Shown here: positions 9,180 to 18,573 of the stretch, in pieces
How the letters are laid out: every line of letters begins with the position of its first letter
Numbering within the stretch: position 1 is the first letter of the stretch
NCBI GenBank assembly: GCA_013152815.1
Contig: JAADFO010000072.1
Location: 1 to 57,356 of the forward strand
Origin: Nanobdellati archaeon
GTDB taxonomy: Archaea > Nanobdellota > Nanobdellia > Woesearchaeales > JAADFO01
Length of the DNA: 57,356 bases
Reading direction: 5' to 3'
The notes under the pieces: generated by a model
What the model was told of the DNA's origin: nothing
The model's database searches: none
The model's input: only the letters and a program-made list of their open reading frames with translations
Made by a program: the position numbers and the translations under genes

Positions 9180-9398
9180 ATGGCAGACACGACCAAATCA
9201 CCGGCAAAGCGCCTTGGTTCCCGCTATGGGCGACGGGTGCGTCACAAACTCAAAGATATCGAGATACTCCAGAAGAAAAGTTATAAATGCCCCTATTGCA
9301 ACGCCATCCGGGTAAGACGGTTGGCGGCGGGGATATGGCAATGCAGCAAATGCAAAGCCAAATTCGCCAATAAGGCCTATACGGTCAAAGCAGAGTAA
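9180..9398 (+). CDS. rpl37ae: 50S ribosomal protein eL43 (L37Ae)
   Basis: GSRYGRRVR, CPYC..GIWQCSKC. Confidence 0.96.
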   Translation: MADTTKSPAKRLGSRYGRRVRHKLKDIEILQKKSYKCPYCNAIRVRRLAAGIWQCSKCKAKFANKAYTVKAE

Positions 9399-9415
9399 AG
9401 GAGTGATGAGATCCG

Positions 9416-9550
9416 ATGAATTATACCTGTTTCAACTGCAACAAGAGCGTCGATTTTTCTTTCCTGAGAAAACGTATCAGATGTCCCTATTGCGGATCCA
9501 AGATCCTGTTCAAGCCCAGGAAAGACATCACCAAAGTCCAGGCACGATGA
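9416..9550 (+). CDS. rpoP: RNA polymerase subunit P (Rpo12); not in ORF track
   Basis: Hand translation MNYTCFNCNKSVDFSFLRKRIRCPYCGSKILFKPRKDITKVQAR; conserved position after rpl37ae. Confidence 0.93.
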   Translation: MNYTCFNCNKSVDFSFLRKRIRCPYCGSKILFKPRKDITKVQAR

Positions 9551-9783
9551 AGTACCGCCTCGATCTGTCCGTGAGTGATCCCGCAGTGAAAGGTCTGCTT
9601 GGACCAGGACATGCTAAGTATCAGAACAGCCGCTCGACAGTGCACATCGAGGGCGATGAGAAAGAGACCAGGATCAGGATTGAAGCCGATGATCCCGTGG
9701 CGCTCCAGGCGTCCATCAACGGCATCATCAACCTCATGAGGGTCGACGAGGCAGCAAAGGGTGTGATCGATGAATTCTCCTGA
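9547..9783 (+). CDS. pcc1: KEOPS complex subunit Pcc1-like
   Basis: RSTV..IRIEADDPVALQASIN; position between rpoP and pfdB. Confidence 0.75.
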   Translation: MKYRLDLSVSDPAVKGLLGPGHAKYQNSRSTVHIEGDEKETRIRIEADDPVALQASINGIINLMRVDEAAKGVIDEFS

Positions 9784-10102
9784 ACAGCAGAAGAAGCTCC
9801 AGCAGCTGCAGATGATCGAGCAGAACCTCACCAACCTGCTCATGCAGCGTCAGCAGTTCCAGGGTCAGATTGCCGAAGTCGAGTCTGCCCTGAAGGAACT
9901 CAGGGGAAAGGACCATGCGTTCAAGATCATCGGCAATATCATGGTGAACACCAAAGCATCTGACCTCACCGTGGAGCTCACCCATCGGAAACAGCTCCTG
10001 GAGATACGGACCAAGACGCTGGAGAAGCAGGAGCAGCAGCTCAAGGCAAAGGCCAACCAGATGCAGGAAGATGTTCTCAAGGCCATGAAAAAAATGAAAT
10101 GA
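9770..10102 (+). CDS. pfdB: Prefoldin beta subunit
   Basis: Coiled coils flanking FKIIGNIMV hairpin; gene context. Confidence 0.92.
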   Translation: MNSPEQQKKLQQLQMIEQNLTNLLMQRQQFQGQIAEVESALKELRGKDHAFKIIGNIMVNTKASDLTVELTHRKQLLEIRTKTLEKQEQQLKAKANQMQEDVLKAMKKMK

Positions 10103-10130
10103 ATGAAATGACTGTGGAGAAGTGAAGACA

Positions 10131-10379
10131 ATGCAATCCGTCAATGTGGAAGGGGTCATCGAACTCATAGAAGAGCTCGCCCTGGACAACACGGTCCCGA
10201 AGAACGTGAAGAACAAGCTGAACGCGGTCCTGAGCATCCTCAAGACAGAAGAGGATCTCAAGGTCAGGGTCAACAAGGTGTTGAACGACCTTGACGATGT
10301 CGTCGATGATCCCAATCTCCAGTCTTATACACGGACACAGCTGTGGAATATCGTCTCGGTTCTTGAGAAAGTAGAGTGA
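10131..10379 (+). CDS. UPF0147-family protein
   Basis: DNTVPKNVK, DDPNLQSYTRTQLWNIVS. Confidence 0.85.
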   Translation: MQSVNVEGVIELIEELALDNTVPKNVKNKLNAVLSILKTEEDLKVRVNKVLNDLDDVVDDPNLQSYTRTQLWNIVSVLEKVE

Positions 10380-10421
10380 TTGGAGCGATGAGAGAAAGTT
10401 GCGCAGGCAGCAGAAGGATTT

Positions 10422-11033
10422 TCACGACCCTTTCTTGCCGGATCGGACACGCGTCCCACGCTTCCCCTTTTTCCTGCCAGAGGAAGGGCTGCCAAGTTTC
10501 ATGAATTCTTTTTGGGTCAGGAGCGCGTTGGGGATGAAAAGCTGGTCCCTGTTCCGGGTCTCCACCTTGGTCTCCAGAAGCGACACCCGGATGACCTTTC
10601 CTTCGATGTTCTGGAAACGGATACGGTCGCCTATTTCTATCTGTCGCCGCCGCAGAAGGAAAAAGCCTGCCATGATGTTGGGGATGAAATCCTTTATCGA
10701 CAGGAAGACGGAAAGGATGATGATGATCAGGAATGCCACCGAGATGATGTTGATGATGTAGGTCTTCAGCCCCATCTGGTCCAGGGCAGTGAGGACGGCG
10801 ATGAGATAGATGGTGTAGGAGACGAACTTGCCGAAGAAGTCCTCTATCTTGAGGTCGAAGCCGGTGGACTGGGCGACGAGCTTGGAGAGCGAGAACTCGC
10901 TGAGGAAACGCTGCGTGAACCGGCCGAACAGCTTCCCGAGGATGAATCCTATGAGGATGATGATAAGTGCAAGGAGGACGTCGGAGAAGACCGGCCGAAG
11001 GGTATCGGCAATCCATTGGATGATCGCTGCCAT
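10422..11033 (-). CDS. Small-conductance mechanosensitive channel (MscS family, short form)
   Basis: Three TM segments, NIMAGFFL, IGDRI, EGKV, FIPN. Confidence 0.85.
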   Translation of the reverse strand: MAAIIQWIADTLRPVFSDVLLALIIILIGFILGKLFGRFTQRFLSEFSLSKLVAQSTGFDLKIEDFFGKFVSYTIYLIAVLTALDQMGLKTYIINIISVAFLIIIILSVFLSIKDFIPNIMAGFFLLRRRQIEIGDRIRFQNIEGKVIRVSLLETKVETRNRDQLFIPNALLTQKEFMKLGSPSSGRKKGKRGTRVRSGKKGS

Positions 11034-11132
11034 GACAGAGAGGAAGGGGAAGACAGGTATAAAAAGCTATTGGCAGCAGGAAAATGACAATCCTTATATA
11101 CACTTTTTCCACACGTTTTCTTAGGCAAGACC

Positions 11133-12230
11133 ATGGTCAATTACATCGAAGAGATAAAAGAGCTGGAAAAAGAGCTGGCCACGACCCCCTATAACAAGCG
11201 GACCCAGCATCATGTCGGCCTCATCAAGGCCAAGATAGCGAGACTGCGGGAATCCCAGATCAAGAGAAGCTCTTCGAAGAAGAAAGGGGAAGGCTTCTCA
11301 GTACGCAAGACCGGGGACGGGACCGTCATCCTGGTCGGCTATCCCAGCGTCGGCAAGTCGACACTGCTCAATGCCCTGACCAACGCGCGCTCGAAGATAG
11401 CAGCCTATGCCTTCACCACCCTGACCGTCATCCCGGGCCTCATGGTCTACGAGCATGCGAAGATACAGATCCTGGATGTCCCGGGCATTGTCAAGGGAGC
11501 TGCCCTGGGGATAGGAAGGGGAAAAGAGGTCCTCGCGGTCATGCGCAATGCCAACCTCGTCGTCTTCATCATCGACATCAACAGCCCCGGACATCTGAGG
11601 ATACTGCAGAAAGAGGTGCATGACACCGGCCTGCGGGTAAACAAGAGAAAACCGTTCGTGAAGATACGGAAGACCGCCAGGGGAGGCATCAGGATAGGTG
11701 CCACGGTGAAGCTGACCAGGATAACGAAGCAGACCATCACTGCCATACTCCACGAGTTCAAGATAAACAATGCAGATGTGCTCATACGTGATGACATCGA
11801 TGCGGAAGACCTCATCGACTGCATCGAGGACAACAAGGTGTATATCCCTGGCATGGTGGTCCTCAACAAGATCGACATGGCGACTCCTGCTCAGGTGAAG
11901 AAGGTGATGAAGGAGACAGGGGCAGACCTCGCCATATCTGCATCGATGAAGACGAACACCGAGAAGATGAAAGCAAGGATCTTCAGGGGACTGAATTTCA
12001 TCAGGATATACCTCAAGGAGCCCAACAAGCCGGCCGATACAGAAGTGCCATTGATCATGTTCAAGGGATCCACGCTGCACACGCTCTGTGAGAAGCTCCA
12101 CAGGGACTTTGTCACCCGGTTCAGGTTCGCGAGGATATGGGGCCCTTCTGCCAAGTTCGACGGCCAGAAGATGGTCAATCTCCGCCATGCCATCAAGGAC
12201 AAGGACATCATCGAACTGCACATAGCCTGA
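11133..12230 (+). CDS. DRG/Rbg-family GTPase (OBG class) with TGS domain
   Basis: NKRTQHH, GYPSVGKS, YAFTT, DVPG, NKID. Confidence 0.95.
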   Translation: MVNYIEEIKELEKELATTPYNKRTQHHVGLIKAKIARLRESQIKRSSSKKKGEGFSVRKTGDGTVILVGYPSVGKSTLLNALTNARSKIAAYAFTTLTVIPGLMVYEHAKIQILDVPGIVKGAALGIGRGKEVLAVMRNANLVVFIIDINSPGHLRILQKEVHDTGLRVNKRKPFVKIRKTARGGIRIGATVKLTRITKQTITAILHEFKINNADVLIRDDIDAEDLIDCIEDNKVYIPGMVVLNKIDMATPAQVKKVMKETGADLAISASMKTNTEKMKARIFRGLNFIRIYLKEPNKPADTEVPLIMFKGSTLHTLCEKLHRDFVTRFRFARIWGPSAKFDGQKMVNLRHAIKDKDIIELHIA

Positions 12231-12388
12231 GGAGAATCTCCTGTCAGGAAGATATCTGCAAAGGGAATATTTAAAAAGAGGCGATGTTTAATGCATACAT
12301 TCTTCTCAGAAGGAGGGCAAAGACCCGGAAATGACGATGAGAAGGCCATTCCATTCGGACAGACCAATCGACAGACGACGGTGATCAC

Positions 12389-12619
12389 ATGACGAACAAG
12401 GAAGCGAACCAGGATGAACAGGTAGGTTTCCATAAGGGATCGTTGAGCGTCCTCATCAAGGAGAGGCAGGAGATGATGAAGATCCTCCAGGTAGTGGAAC
12501 AGCTCATGCAGGTCCATATCACTGCACTGAAAGAGCTGGGCATAGACCTTGAGAAAGAGGCCAAGGCATTGGAGAAGACCTCCCAGAAGAAGAAGCCCAT
12601 AGAGGATATGCTTAAATAA
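12389..12619 (+). CDS. Small hypothetical protein (76 aa)
   Basis: GGTGAT SD-like site upstream; helical composition. Confidence 0.65.
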   Translation: MTNKEANQDEQVGFHKGSLSVLIKERQEMMKILQVVEQLMQVHITALKELGIDLEKEAKALEKTSQKKKPIEDMLK

Positions 12620-12717
12620 GAGGGAAGAGACCTTTCAGACCAGGCCTTGACAGGGCGGCATTTGCTGACGAAACCTTTTTAAAAGGAAGGAAATCTCTCA
12701 GAAGAGGTATACATACG

Positions 12718-13113
12718 ATGGAAACCAAGCTCACCAGCGTAGGATCGTTGCAGAGAGGAAGCTATGTCATCGTTGATGGGGTGGCGAGCAAAGTCACCGA
12801 TACCCAGACGTCACGGCCAGGAAAGCACGGCCACGCCAAGGTACGGCTTTCGGCTGTAGGACTCATCGACGGCAAGAAACGCATCATCGTCATGCCTGGT
12901 CATGACAATATCGAAGTGCCCATGATCGGAAAGAAGACCGCACAGGTGCTCTCGGTAACGCAGGACAAGGTGAGTGTCATGGATATCGAGACCTATGAGA
13001 CCTTTGAGCTGGACATCCCAGACGAACTCAAGGGCCAGGATTTTGAAGGAAAGAATGTGCTCTACTGGCAGATCCTGGCTGACAGGGTCCTGAAACAGGT
13101 CAAGAACGATTGA
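12718..13113 (+). CDS. eif5a: Translation factor aIF5A
   Basis: SRPGKHGHAK hypusine-site motif. Confidence 0.97.
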   Translation: METKLTSVGSLQRGSYVIVDGVASKVTDTQTSRPGKHGHAKVRLSAVGLIDGKKRIIVMPGHDNIEVPMIGKKTAQVLSVTQDKVSVMDIETYETFELDIPDELKGQDFEGKNVLYWQILADRVLKQVKND

Positions 13114-13135
13114 GCGACATGCTGAGTGAACACCG

Positions 13136-13297
13136 ATGGGAAAATTTCCAGAAGCTGAGAACAGGATTCTTCGGAATATCTTTATCTGCAGGAAATGCAA
13201 GTCCAAGATTCGCACCACGAACATGAGAGTGCTCGCGAAGAAGGTCTCCTGCAGGAAATGCAACGGAAAATCCTTCAAGCCCATGCGGAAGAAGTGA
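13136..13297 (+). CDS. rpl40e: 50S ribosomal protein eL40; not in ORF track
   Basis: Hand translation MGKFPEAENRILRNIFICRKCKSKIRTTNMRVLAKKVSCRKCNGKSFKPMRKK. Confidence 0.9.
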   Translation: MGKFPEAENRILRNIFICRKCKSKIRTTNMRVLAKKVSCRKCNGKSFKPMRKK

Positions 13298-13392
13298 ACG
13301 AACAGGTCAATGCTTCTTTTTCCTTTTCTGGAGGAGTGTAGGAGCAGCTGTTTGGGCAATACTGTCAGACCAAAAGAGGGGAACTGTCACCT

Positions 13393-14595
13393 ATGGCCAT
13401 GGATGTCAATAATGTAGCAGGAATTCTTTTTATCATCATTCTCAGCATTGTGCTTTATAAAGAACGGAAGAAGCTCGACATGGAGAAGATTGCTTTTCCT
13501 CTTCTTTATTTTGTCATGTATCGGGCCAAATGGGGAGTCAAGGCCATGGACCGCATGGCCAAGAGGTATAAGCAGACAGTCAAGTGGTTCGGCCTCATAG
13601 GCATAGGGTTCGGTGTCGTCGGCATGCTCCTCATGTCCGTTGAGCTGGTCCGCAACGCCATCATGGTCTTCATCACCGAAGAGGTCATCCCCGGCGTCGG
13701 TGTCGTCCTTCCCATCCAGGCGAAAGGAGTCTTCTTCGTTCCGTTCATCTACTGGATCATCAGCATCTTCCAGGTCGCGTCGGTCCATGAATTTGCCCAT
13801 GGTGTCGTGGCCAGGAGATTCGGCATGAAGATCAAGAATTCTGGCCTTGCGTTCCTCGGCATCATCGTCCCGTTGGTCCCTGCAGCATTTGTCGAACCGG
13901 ACGACAAGCAGATGGCCAAGAAGAGGCATCTGCATCAGCAGGCCATGTTCTCGGCAGGACCCTTCATAAATATCATCATGGGAGGCCTGTTCTTCCTCCT
14001 GCTCATAGGCATCATGATCCCCCTTGCCCAGGACATCAGCAAGGTGGATGGCATGGAGGTCGTCATCCTGGCCAAAGGAGAAGGGGGAAAGATGTTTCCT
14101 GCAGAGGCGGCCGGCCTGAGCGTGGGTGATGTCATCACCACCCTCGATGGCGTACCCATGGATGCCCTGGAGAATTTCACGTCCATCCTCCGTGACAAGC
14201 ATCCTGGCGACACCCTGGCGGTCGAGACCAGCACCAAGGGCAAGGAGCACCTCACCATCACCCTGACCCAGAAGCCGAAGAACGCTTCTCTGGCGTATTT
14301 CGGCCTTTCGGTGAGTCCGCATTCGATCATCGCCCCTGCGGTGAAAGAACGCTACGGAATCCTCGCTGATGCGTTCCTCTGGACGACGAGCCTCATCTTC
14401 TTCATGTTCCTGCTCAACCTCGGCATAGGCCTCTTCAACCTTCTTCCCATGGGTCCTGTGGATGGAGGGAGGATGCTCAAGCTCGCTTCCACCGACCTGT
14501 TCGGAGAGAAGAGAGGCATCCTCGTCTGGAAGGCCGTATCCTATTTCTTCTTCGCTGTATTGCTGTTCCTGCTCTACAACTCTTTTTTCGGATAG
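13393..14595 (+). CDS. Site-2 protease (M50) with PDZ domain
   Basis: HEFAH, AAFVEPD, AGPFIN, NLLPMGPVDG, PAEAAGLSVGDVI. Confidence 0.93.
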   Translation: MAMDVNNVAGILFIIILSIVLYKERKKLDMEKIAFPLLYFVMYRAKWGVKAMDRMAKRYKQTVKWFGLIGIGFGVVGMLLMSVELVRNAIMVFITEEVIPGVGVVLPIQAKGVFFVPFIYWIISIFQVASVHEFAHGVVARRFGMKIKNSGLAFLGIIVPLVPAAFVEPDDKQMAKKRHLHQQAMFSAGPFINIIMGGLFFLLLIGIMIPLAQDISKVDGMEVVILAKGEGGKMFPAEAAGLSVGDVITTLDGVPMDALENFTSILRDKHPGDTLAVETSTKGKEHLTITLTQKPKNASLAYFGLSVSPHSIIAPAVKERYGILADAFLWTTSLIFFMFLLNLGIGLFNLLPMGPVDGGRMLKLASTDLFGEKRGILVWKAVSYFFFAVLLFLLYNSFFG

Positions 14596-14626
14596 GTTTA
14601 TATCTGAGCCAGAGATTCCCACGTCA

Positions 14627-15322
14627 ATGATAGATGTCATCCTGATGGAACCAGAGCATCCGGGAAATCTCGGTGCAGTGGCAAGGGCAGTCAAGAATTT
14701 CGGGATTGCCGGGTTCGTGCTGGTGGATCCGAAAGCAGACAGGGATGCAGAAGAAGCCATCAACAGGGCAAAATGGGCCAAAGACATCCTGAAGGCAGCA
14801 AAGGTTATCAAGAAGGAGGAACTGGGGGCCTATGATTATCTCATCAGCACATCGGCGAAGATGGGGACAGACTATAACATCCCCCGTTCTCCGCTGGACC
14901 CGTCGCAGCTCGCGAAGAAGATAGTCAGAAAGCCGATGCAGAGGAAGAAGATCGGCATCCTCTTCGGCAGGGAAAGCTCGGGCCTGACCAATGAAGAGAT
15001 AGGGATGTGTGATTTCCTGGTGAGCATCCCCGGGCACAAAGGCTATCCTGTCTTCAATCTTTCCCATGCAGTGGCCATCATACTCTATGAACTGTTCAAG
15101 GAGAGCCAGAAAGAGAGTTCGGTCTCTCACATACGCATGCTGTCTGGAAAAGAGAAGAACATCCTCATCGGGCACGTCGATGCAGCCATCAGGGCGTTGG
15201 ACTTCAAGCCGAAGGAGAAGGCAGAGACCCAGAAGAAGGCATGGAAGCATGTCATCGGAAAGGCCATGCTGACCCGGAGAGAAGGCTTCGCCCTCATGGG
15301 ATTCTTCAGAAAGATCAGATAA
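14627..15322 (+). CDS. trmJ: TrmJ-family SPOUT tRNA methyltransferase
   Basis: PEHPGNLGAVARAVKNFG, FGRESSGLTNEE, FNLSHAV. Confidence 0.9.
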   Translation: MIDVILMEPEHPGNLGAVARAVKNFGIAGFVLVDPKADRDAEEAINRAKWAKDILKAAKVIKKEELGAYDYLISTSAKMGTDYNIPRSPLDPSQLAKKIVRKPMQRKKIGILFGRESSGLTNEEIGMCDFLVSIPGHKGYPVFNLSHAVAIILYELFKESQKESSVSHIRMLSGKEKNILIGHVDAAIRALDFKPKEKAETQKKAWKHVIGKAMLTRREGFALMGFFRKIR

Positions 15323-15518
15323 GATCGATAGAGACACAGGGCACCCACAGCAAGACAGAGAGCATACACGCATATACAAAACATATATATACCAGCAGAA
15401 CATTAATAATCGTGGCGATAGGATACAGAGACAACAATGATGACCGTAAGGCGAATACACAACCATTGAGTTCCTGGACACCCTCGAGAACATCTACATC
15501 GTCCCTCCTGATTCTTTC

Positions 15519-15938
15519 ATGGGCCGCGACATTGCAGAGTCCTCTGAGTTCCATGACAGGATTATCGAACTCATGCGAACCCCGCAGGCAGGCATCATCT
15601 ATGACCTTCGCGGAACAAAGGGGGGCAATGGATATGGACAGCTTTCTCAGATCATGCGTGACTACAGGGATATAATGCATGACTATCCAGCTGGACGAGT
15701 ACCCATCGCAGTGCTCACCGATTCAAAGGCACTGCTCATGATGATGAAGCAGGCCCACATGGATAATCTGATCATCATCGGCTCTGATATGGATGCAGTG
15801 AAAGAGTCGATGCTCGAGAGGATTGCCGACCAGAAGGAAGAGCACAGAGAGCAAGACCTTTCCCAGATGCCTGTGCATCCTCCAGAATACGCGAAGAATG
15901 TCATCATCCTGAACATGCTGAATTCTTATAAAGAATAA
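15519..15938 (+). CDS. Hypothetical protein; start uncertain
   Basis: 139-aa ORF; frame stays open upstream to 15450 without an ATG. Confidence 0.5.
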   Translation: MGRDIAESSEFHDRIIELMRTPQAGIIYDLRGTKGGNGYGQLSQIMRDYRDIMHDYPAGRVPIAVLTDSKALLMMMKQAHMDNLIIIGSDMDAVKESMLERIADQKEEHREQDLSQMPVHPPEYAKNVIILNMLNSYKE

Positions 15939-15940
15939 GA

Positions 15941-16021
15941 TGGACCTGCCGGTTCTCAGCAACAAGTTGCTGGTTCGTCAGGACCATCATGCGACCCAAC
16001 GGTCGCAACTGGACCTGCCGG
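15941..16021. repeat. 12-bp direct repeat of the tRNA-Ala 3' end (TGGACCTGCCGG, 15941-15952 and 16010-16021) enclosing two hairpins
   Basis: Hairpins CAGCAAC-AA-GTTGCTG and TGCGACC-CAAC-GGTCGCA lie between the copies. Confidence 0.8.
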
Positions 16022-16127
16022 GATTCGAACCCGGGGCTTCCGCCTCACCCGGCGCACGCCGGAATGTCTATGACCCCGTCGTTGCGCATGCGAAGGCAGC
16101 ACTCTAGCCGGACTGAGCTACAGGCCC
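16010..16127 (-). tRNA. tRNA-Ala(CGC) with 43-nt intron at 37/38 (16046-16088)
   Basis: GGGCCTG/CAGGTCC acceptor with G3:U70, CTGCC-TT-CGC, GGTTCGAATCC. Confidence 0.92.
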
Positions 16128-16184
16128 GAAGGAAAATTGTTCTATCATTTTCATGCATACAAGGCCCTAAGAAAATGCTTCTCT

Positions 16185-16505
16185 TTATGACGTTTTCCTT
16201 TTCGCGAAATAGTCCTTGATCCTCCTGTCCATGCCTGGCTTCGCTTTGCTCCCCAGGCAATAGTAGGTCTTCTTGGCCATCTCACCCCAGGAATACTCTC
16301 CTTTCTCTATCTGCACATCCTCGACCTTGAACTCGCCGATGGAGGTCCCTTTCTTCAGATGGTAGTAGATGCTTCGCATGGTGACCGGAGGATAGAGTTC
16401 ACGATAGGCCTTATAGATCTCATACCCGTATCCTTTCCCCATGAAAAAAAGAAGCTCCACCATGTTCTGACGGATCTTTGAATAGGTCGGTCTCCCTTTG
16501 GGCAT
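16185..16505 (-). CDS. Winged-helix DNA-binding protein (PadR-like)
   Basis: GYGYEIYK, RSIYYHLKK, KKTYY pattern. Confidence 0.7.
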   Translation of the reverse strand: MPKGRPTYSKIRQNMVELLFFMGKGYGYEIYKAYRELYPPVTMRSIYYHLKKGTSIGEFKVEDVQIEKGEYSWGEMAKKTYYCLGSKAKPGMDRRIKDYFAKRKTS

Positions 16506-16614
16506 AGGATGACGAAGCCAGCATCATTTAAATAATTTTCCATATACACAATAACTCATAATAACTCATCACCTGCCCAAAAAGTTTTTATATCTTCAGG
16601 ACGCATCATGGTCC

Positions 16615-17181
16615 ATGGACCTCAAAGAGAAACTCCTGTCCCTGGCCATCGCCATCATCTTCGTCTTCTTCATCGTCTATGGGTACAATACGTTCATCCC
16701 CGAGCCTCAGAGAGACGCTTTCTGCAAAGACATCTCTTATCAAGTCGCTGTGGACGATTGCCCTGGCTGGCAGGCAGACCGAAAAGGGCCGCTCCCCAGG
16801 CCACAGGCAGAGGGAGAGTGTTGGTGCAACCAGGACTGCTCATCCGGCACCTGCCAGAAGACCGACTGTTTTGCGCAAAACCCTGCCTATGCTGCATGTG
16901 AGCAGGAATATGACCATGCTTCTGAAGCGCGAAACCGGATGATCTTCATAGCCTCTCTCATCATCGGCGTCATCGTCATCGTCGCAGGAGGGATGTTTCT
17001 CAAGGCTGAACCGGTCTCCATCGGCATGATGGGCGGAGGCATCCTGACCATCATCTATGGGACACTCAGATACTGGGGACGGCTGGAGGATGTCGGCAGG
17101 TTCCTCATCCTGGGGATTGTCCTGGGTATTCTCATCTGGGTCGGATACCGGAAGTTCTCTGCAGCTCCCAGGAAAAAATGA
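16615..17181 (+). CDS. Membrane protein with 8-Cys extracellular loop
   Basis: One N-terminal TM, Cys-rich loop, three C-terminal TMs. Confidence 0.75.
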   Translation: MDLKEKLLSLAIAIIFVFFIVYGYNTFIPEPQRDAFCKDISYQVAVDDCPGWQADRKGPLPRPQAEGECWCNQDCSSGTCQKTDCFAQNPAYAACEQEYDHASEARNRMIFIASLIIGVIVIVAGGMFLKAEPVSIGMMGGGILTIIYGTLRYWGRLEDVGRFLILGIVLGILIWVGYRKFSAAPRKK

Positions 17182-18158
17182 TCCTCATTCTCCACAGTCA
17201 GGAAGACCTTAGACTGGCCCATGCAGAGACACAGGCCCTTATGCCAAAAGCGGTCTCCCACGGCCTGTGGTCAACGGTGAAGAGAGCCTCACCGACCATC
17301 CGACGGCTTGCCTATTCCCGGATGGCCCTAAGAATCCTCTGGGAAGGACGTGCCGGTTCCTTCTGGAAAAAAGGGCCGCCTGATTTTACGAGAGCGATGC
17401 CAAAGGGCAGTTTTGCCGTGCGTTTCCGTTCTCTCGATGGAGACAGCGGCAAGACAGGATCAGGAAAGCTCGATGCCAGGAAGGTGATAGAAAGAGTTGC
17501 GGCCGGCTGCAGGGGGAAGAAAGTCGATCTCGCTCATCCCAGGAACACCATCTGGTGCATCACCCAGAAGGACCGACTTTTCATCGGGCTCCAGACCTGG
17601 AAGAACGAAGAGCGCTTCGCAGGACGGAGGAATCATCTCAGGCGTGCAAGGGCACCGGTCTCGCTCCATCCCAAACTTGCCAGGGCGATGGTCAATCTCA
17701 CCGGAGTGAGAACGTCAGGAATGATCCTCGATCCGCTCTGCGGGACAGGAGGCATCCTCATCGAAGCTGGGCTCATGGGCATCAGGGTGACAGGCCAGGA
17801 TATTGATCGGGTGATGGTCGATCGGACGAAAAAGAACCTTGCAGGGTTCAGGATACAGGGAAAGGTAATCCAAAAAGACGTCTTCCTGAGCAGACAGGCA
17901 GTCTCCTATGTGGTCACCGATCCTCCCTACGGGAAGAACACGTCTATTCGGGGAGATGCTGCCGTATTCTATGCCCGGATCATCAGGAAGCTTGCCGCCA
18001 TCACGAGGAAAAGGATCGTGGTCTCATTTCCCCGGACATACGATCCCCGTCCGACGGCAAGAACCTGCAACCTGAAACTTGTCGGAGTGTTCGACCATGT
18101 GCTTCACCGTTCTCTGACCAAGGTCATCTATGTGTTCGAAAAGGACTCCCGACGATGA
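17178..18158 (+). CDS. tRNA guanine(10)-N2 methyltransferase (Trm11/TrmG10-like)
   Basis: SLHPKLARAMVNL, DPLCGTGGILIEA, TDPPYG, HRSLT. Confidence 0.88.
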   Translation: MILILHSQEDLRLAHAETQALMPKAVSHGLWSTVKRASPTIRRLAYSRMALRILWEGRAGSFWKKGPPDFTRAMPKGSFAVRFRSLDGDSGKTGSGKLDARKVIERVAAGCRGKKVDLAHPRNTIWCITQKDRLFIGLQTWKNEERFAGRRNHLRRARAPVSLHPKLARAMVNLTGVRTSGMILDPLCGTGGILIEAGLMGIRVTGQDIDRVMVDRTKKNLAGFRIQGKVIQKDVFLSRQAVSYVVTDPPYGKNTSIRGDAAVFYARIIRKLAAITRKRIVVSFPRTYDPRPTARTCNLKLVGVFDHVLHRSLTKVIYVFEKDSRR

Positions 18159-18401
18159 GAAGAAGAGGAAACCGGCAGAGGACGGTTCAGGAAGCAGCGT
18201 ATGCATCGTCATCGACGATGGACGACCTGTGGAGCAGCAAGAGCATCCTCGGGTTCCCGGTCATCGAAAGGGTTCGCCCCGTAACCTACCCAGACCCACC
18301 GCTCTGGACGGCGGGGAAGAAGATGTTTCAGCAGGAGAGATAGCATATTGGCCTCGGAGCGTATCTTGTGTATCTTGTCTGTCTTTTGGCTGTAATAAGG
18401 A

Positions 18402-18539
18402 TCACTCTGCGAAGAGGTCATCCATCTCAAATCCAGAGAGCTTGCGTTTGTTGATGAGCTGGCTGAAGCTCTTCTTGTTCTTCTTTTTCTGCATCGCGCT
18501 GAGGATGTTGTGGTCATCCTCGTCCATGATCGTTTCCAT
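18402..18539 (-). CDS. Putative 45-aa protein
   Basis: METIMDEDD...DDLFAE; AAGGAG upstream; follows the GH15-like gene. Confidence 0.4.
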   Translation of the reverse strand: METIMDEDDHNILSAMQKKKNKKSFSQLINKRKLSGFEMDDLFAE

Positions 18540-18573
18540 GGTATCAGCTCCTTGTCGTTTCTTGATCGTCGGC

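Noticed and set aside
18155-18343. Small plus-strand ORF after the Trm11-like gene
   Set aside because: Short, no motif, cannot be supported from sequence alone
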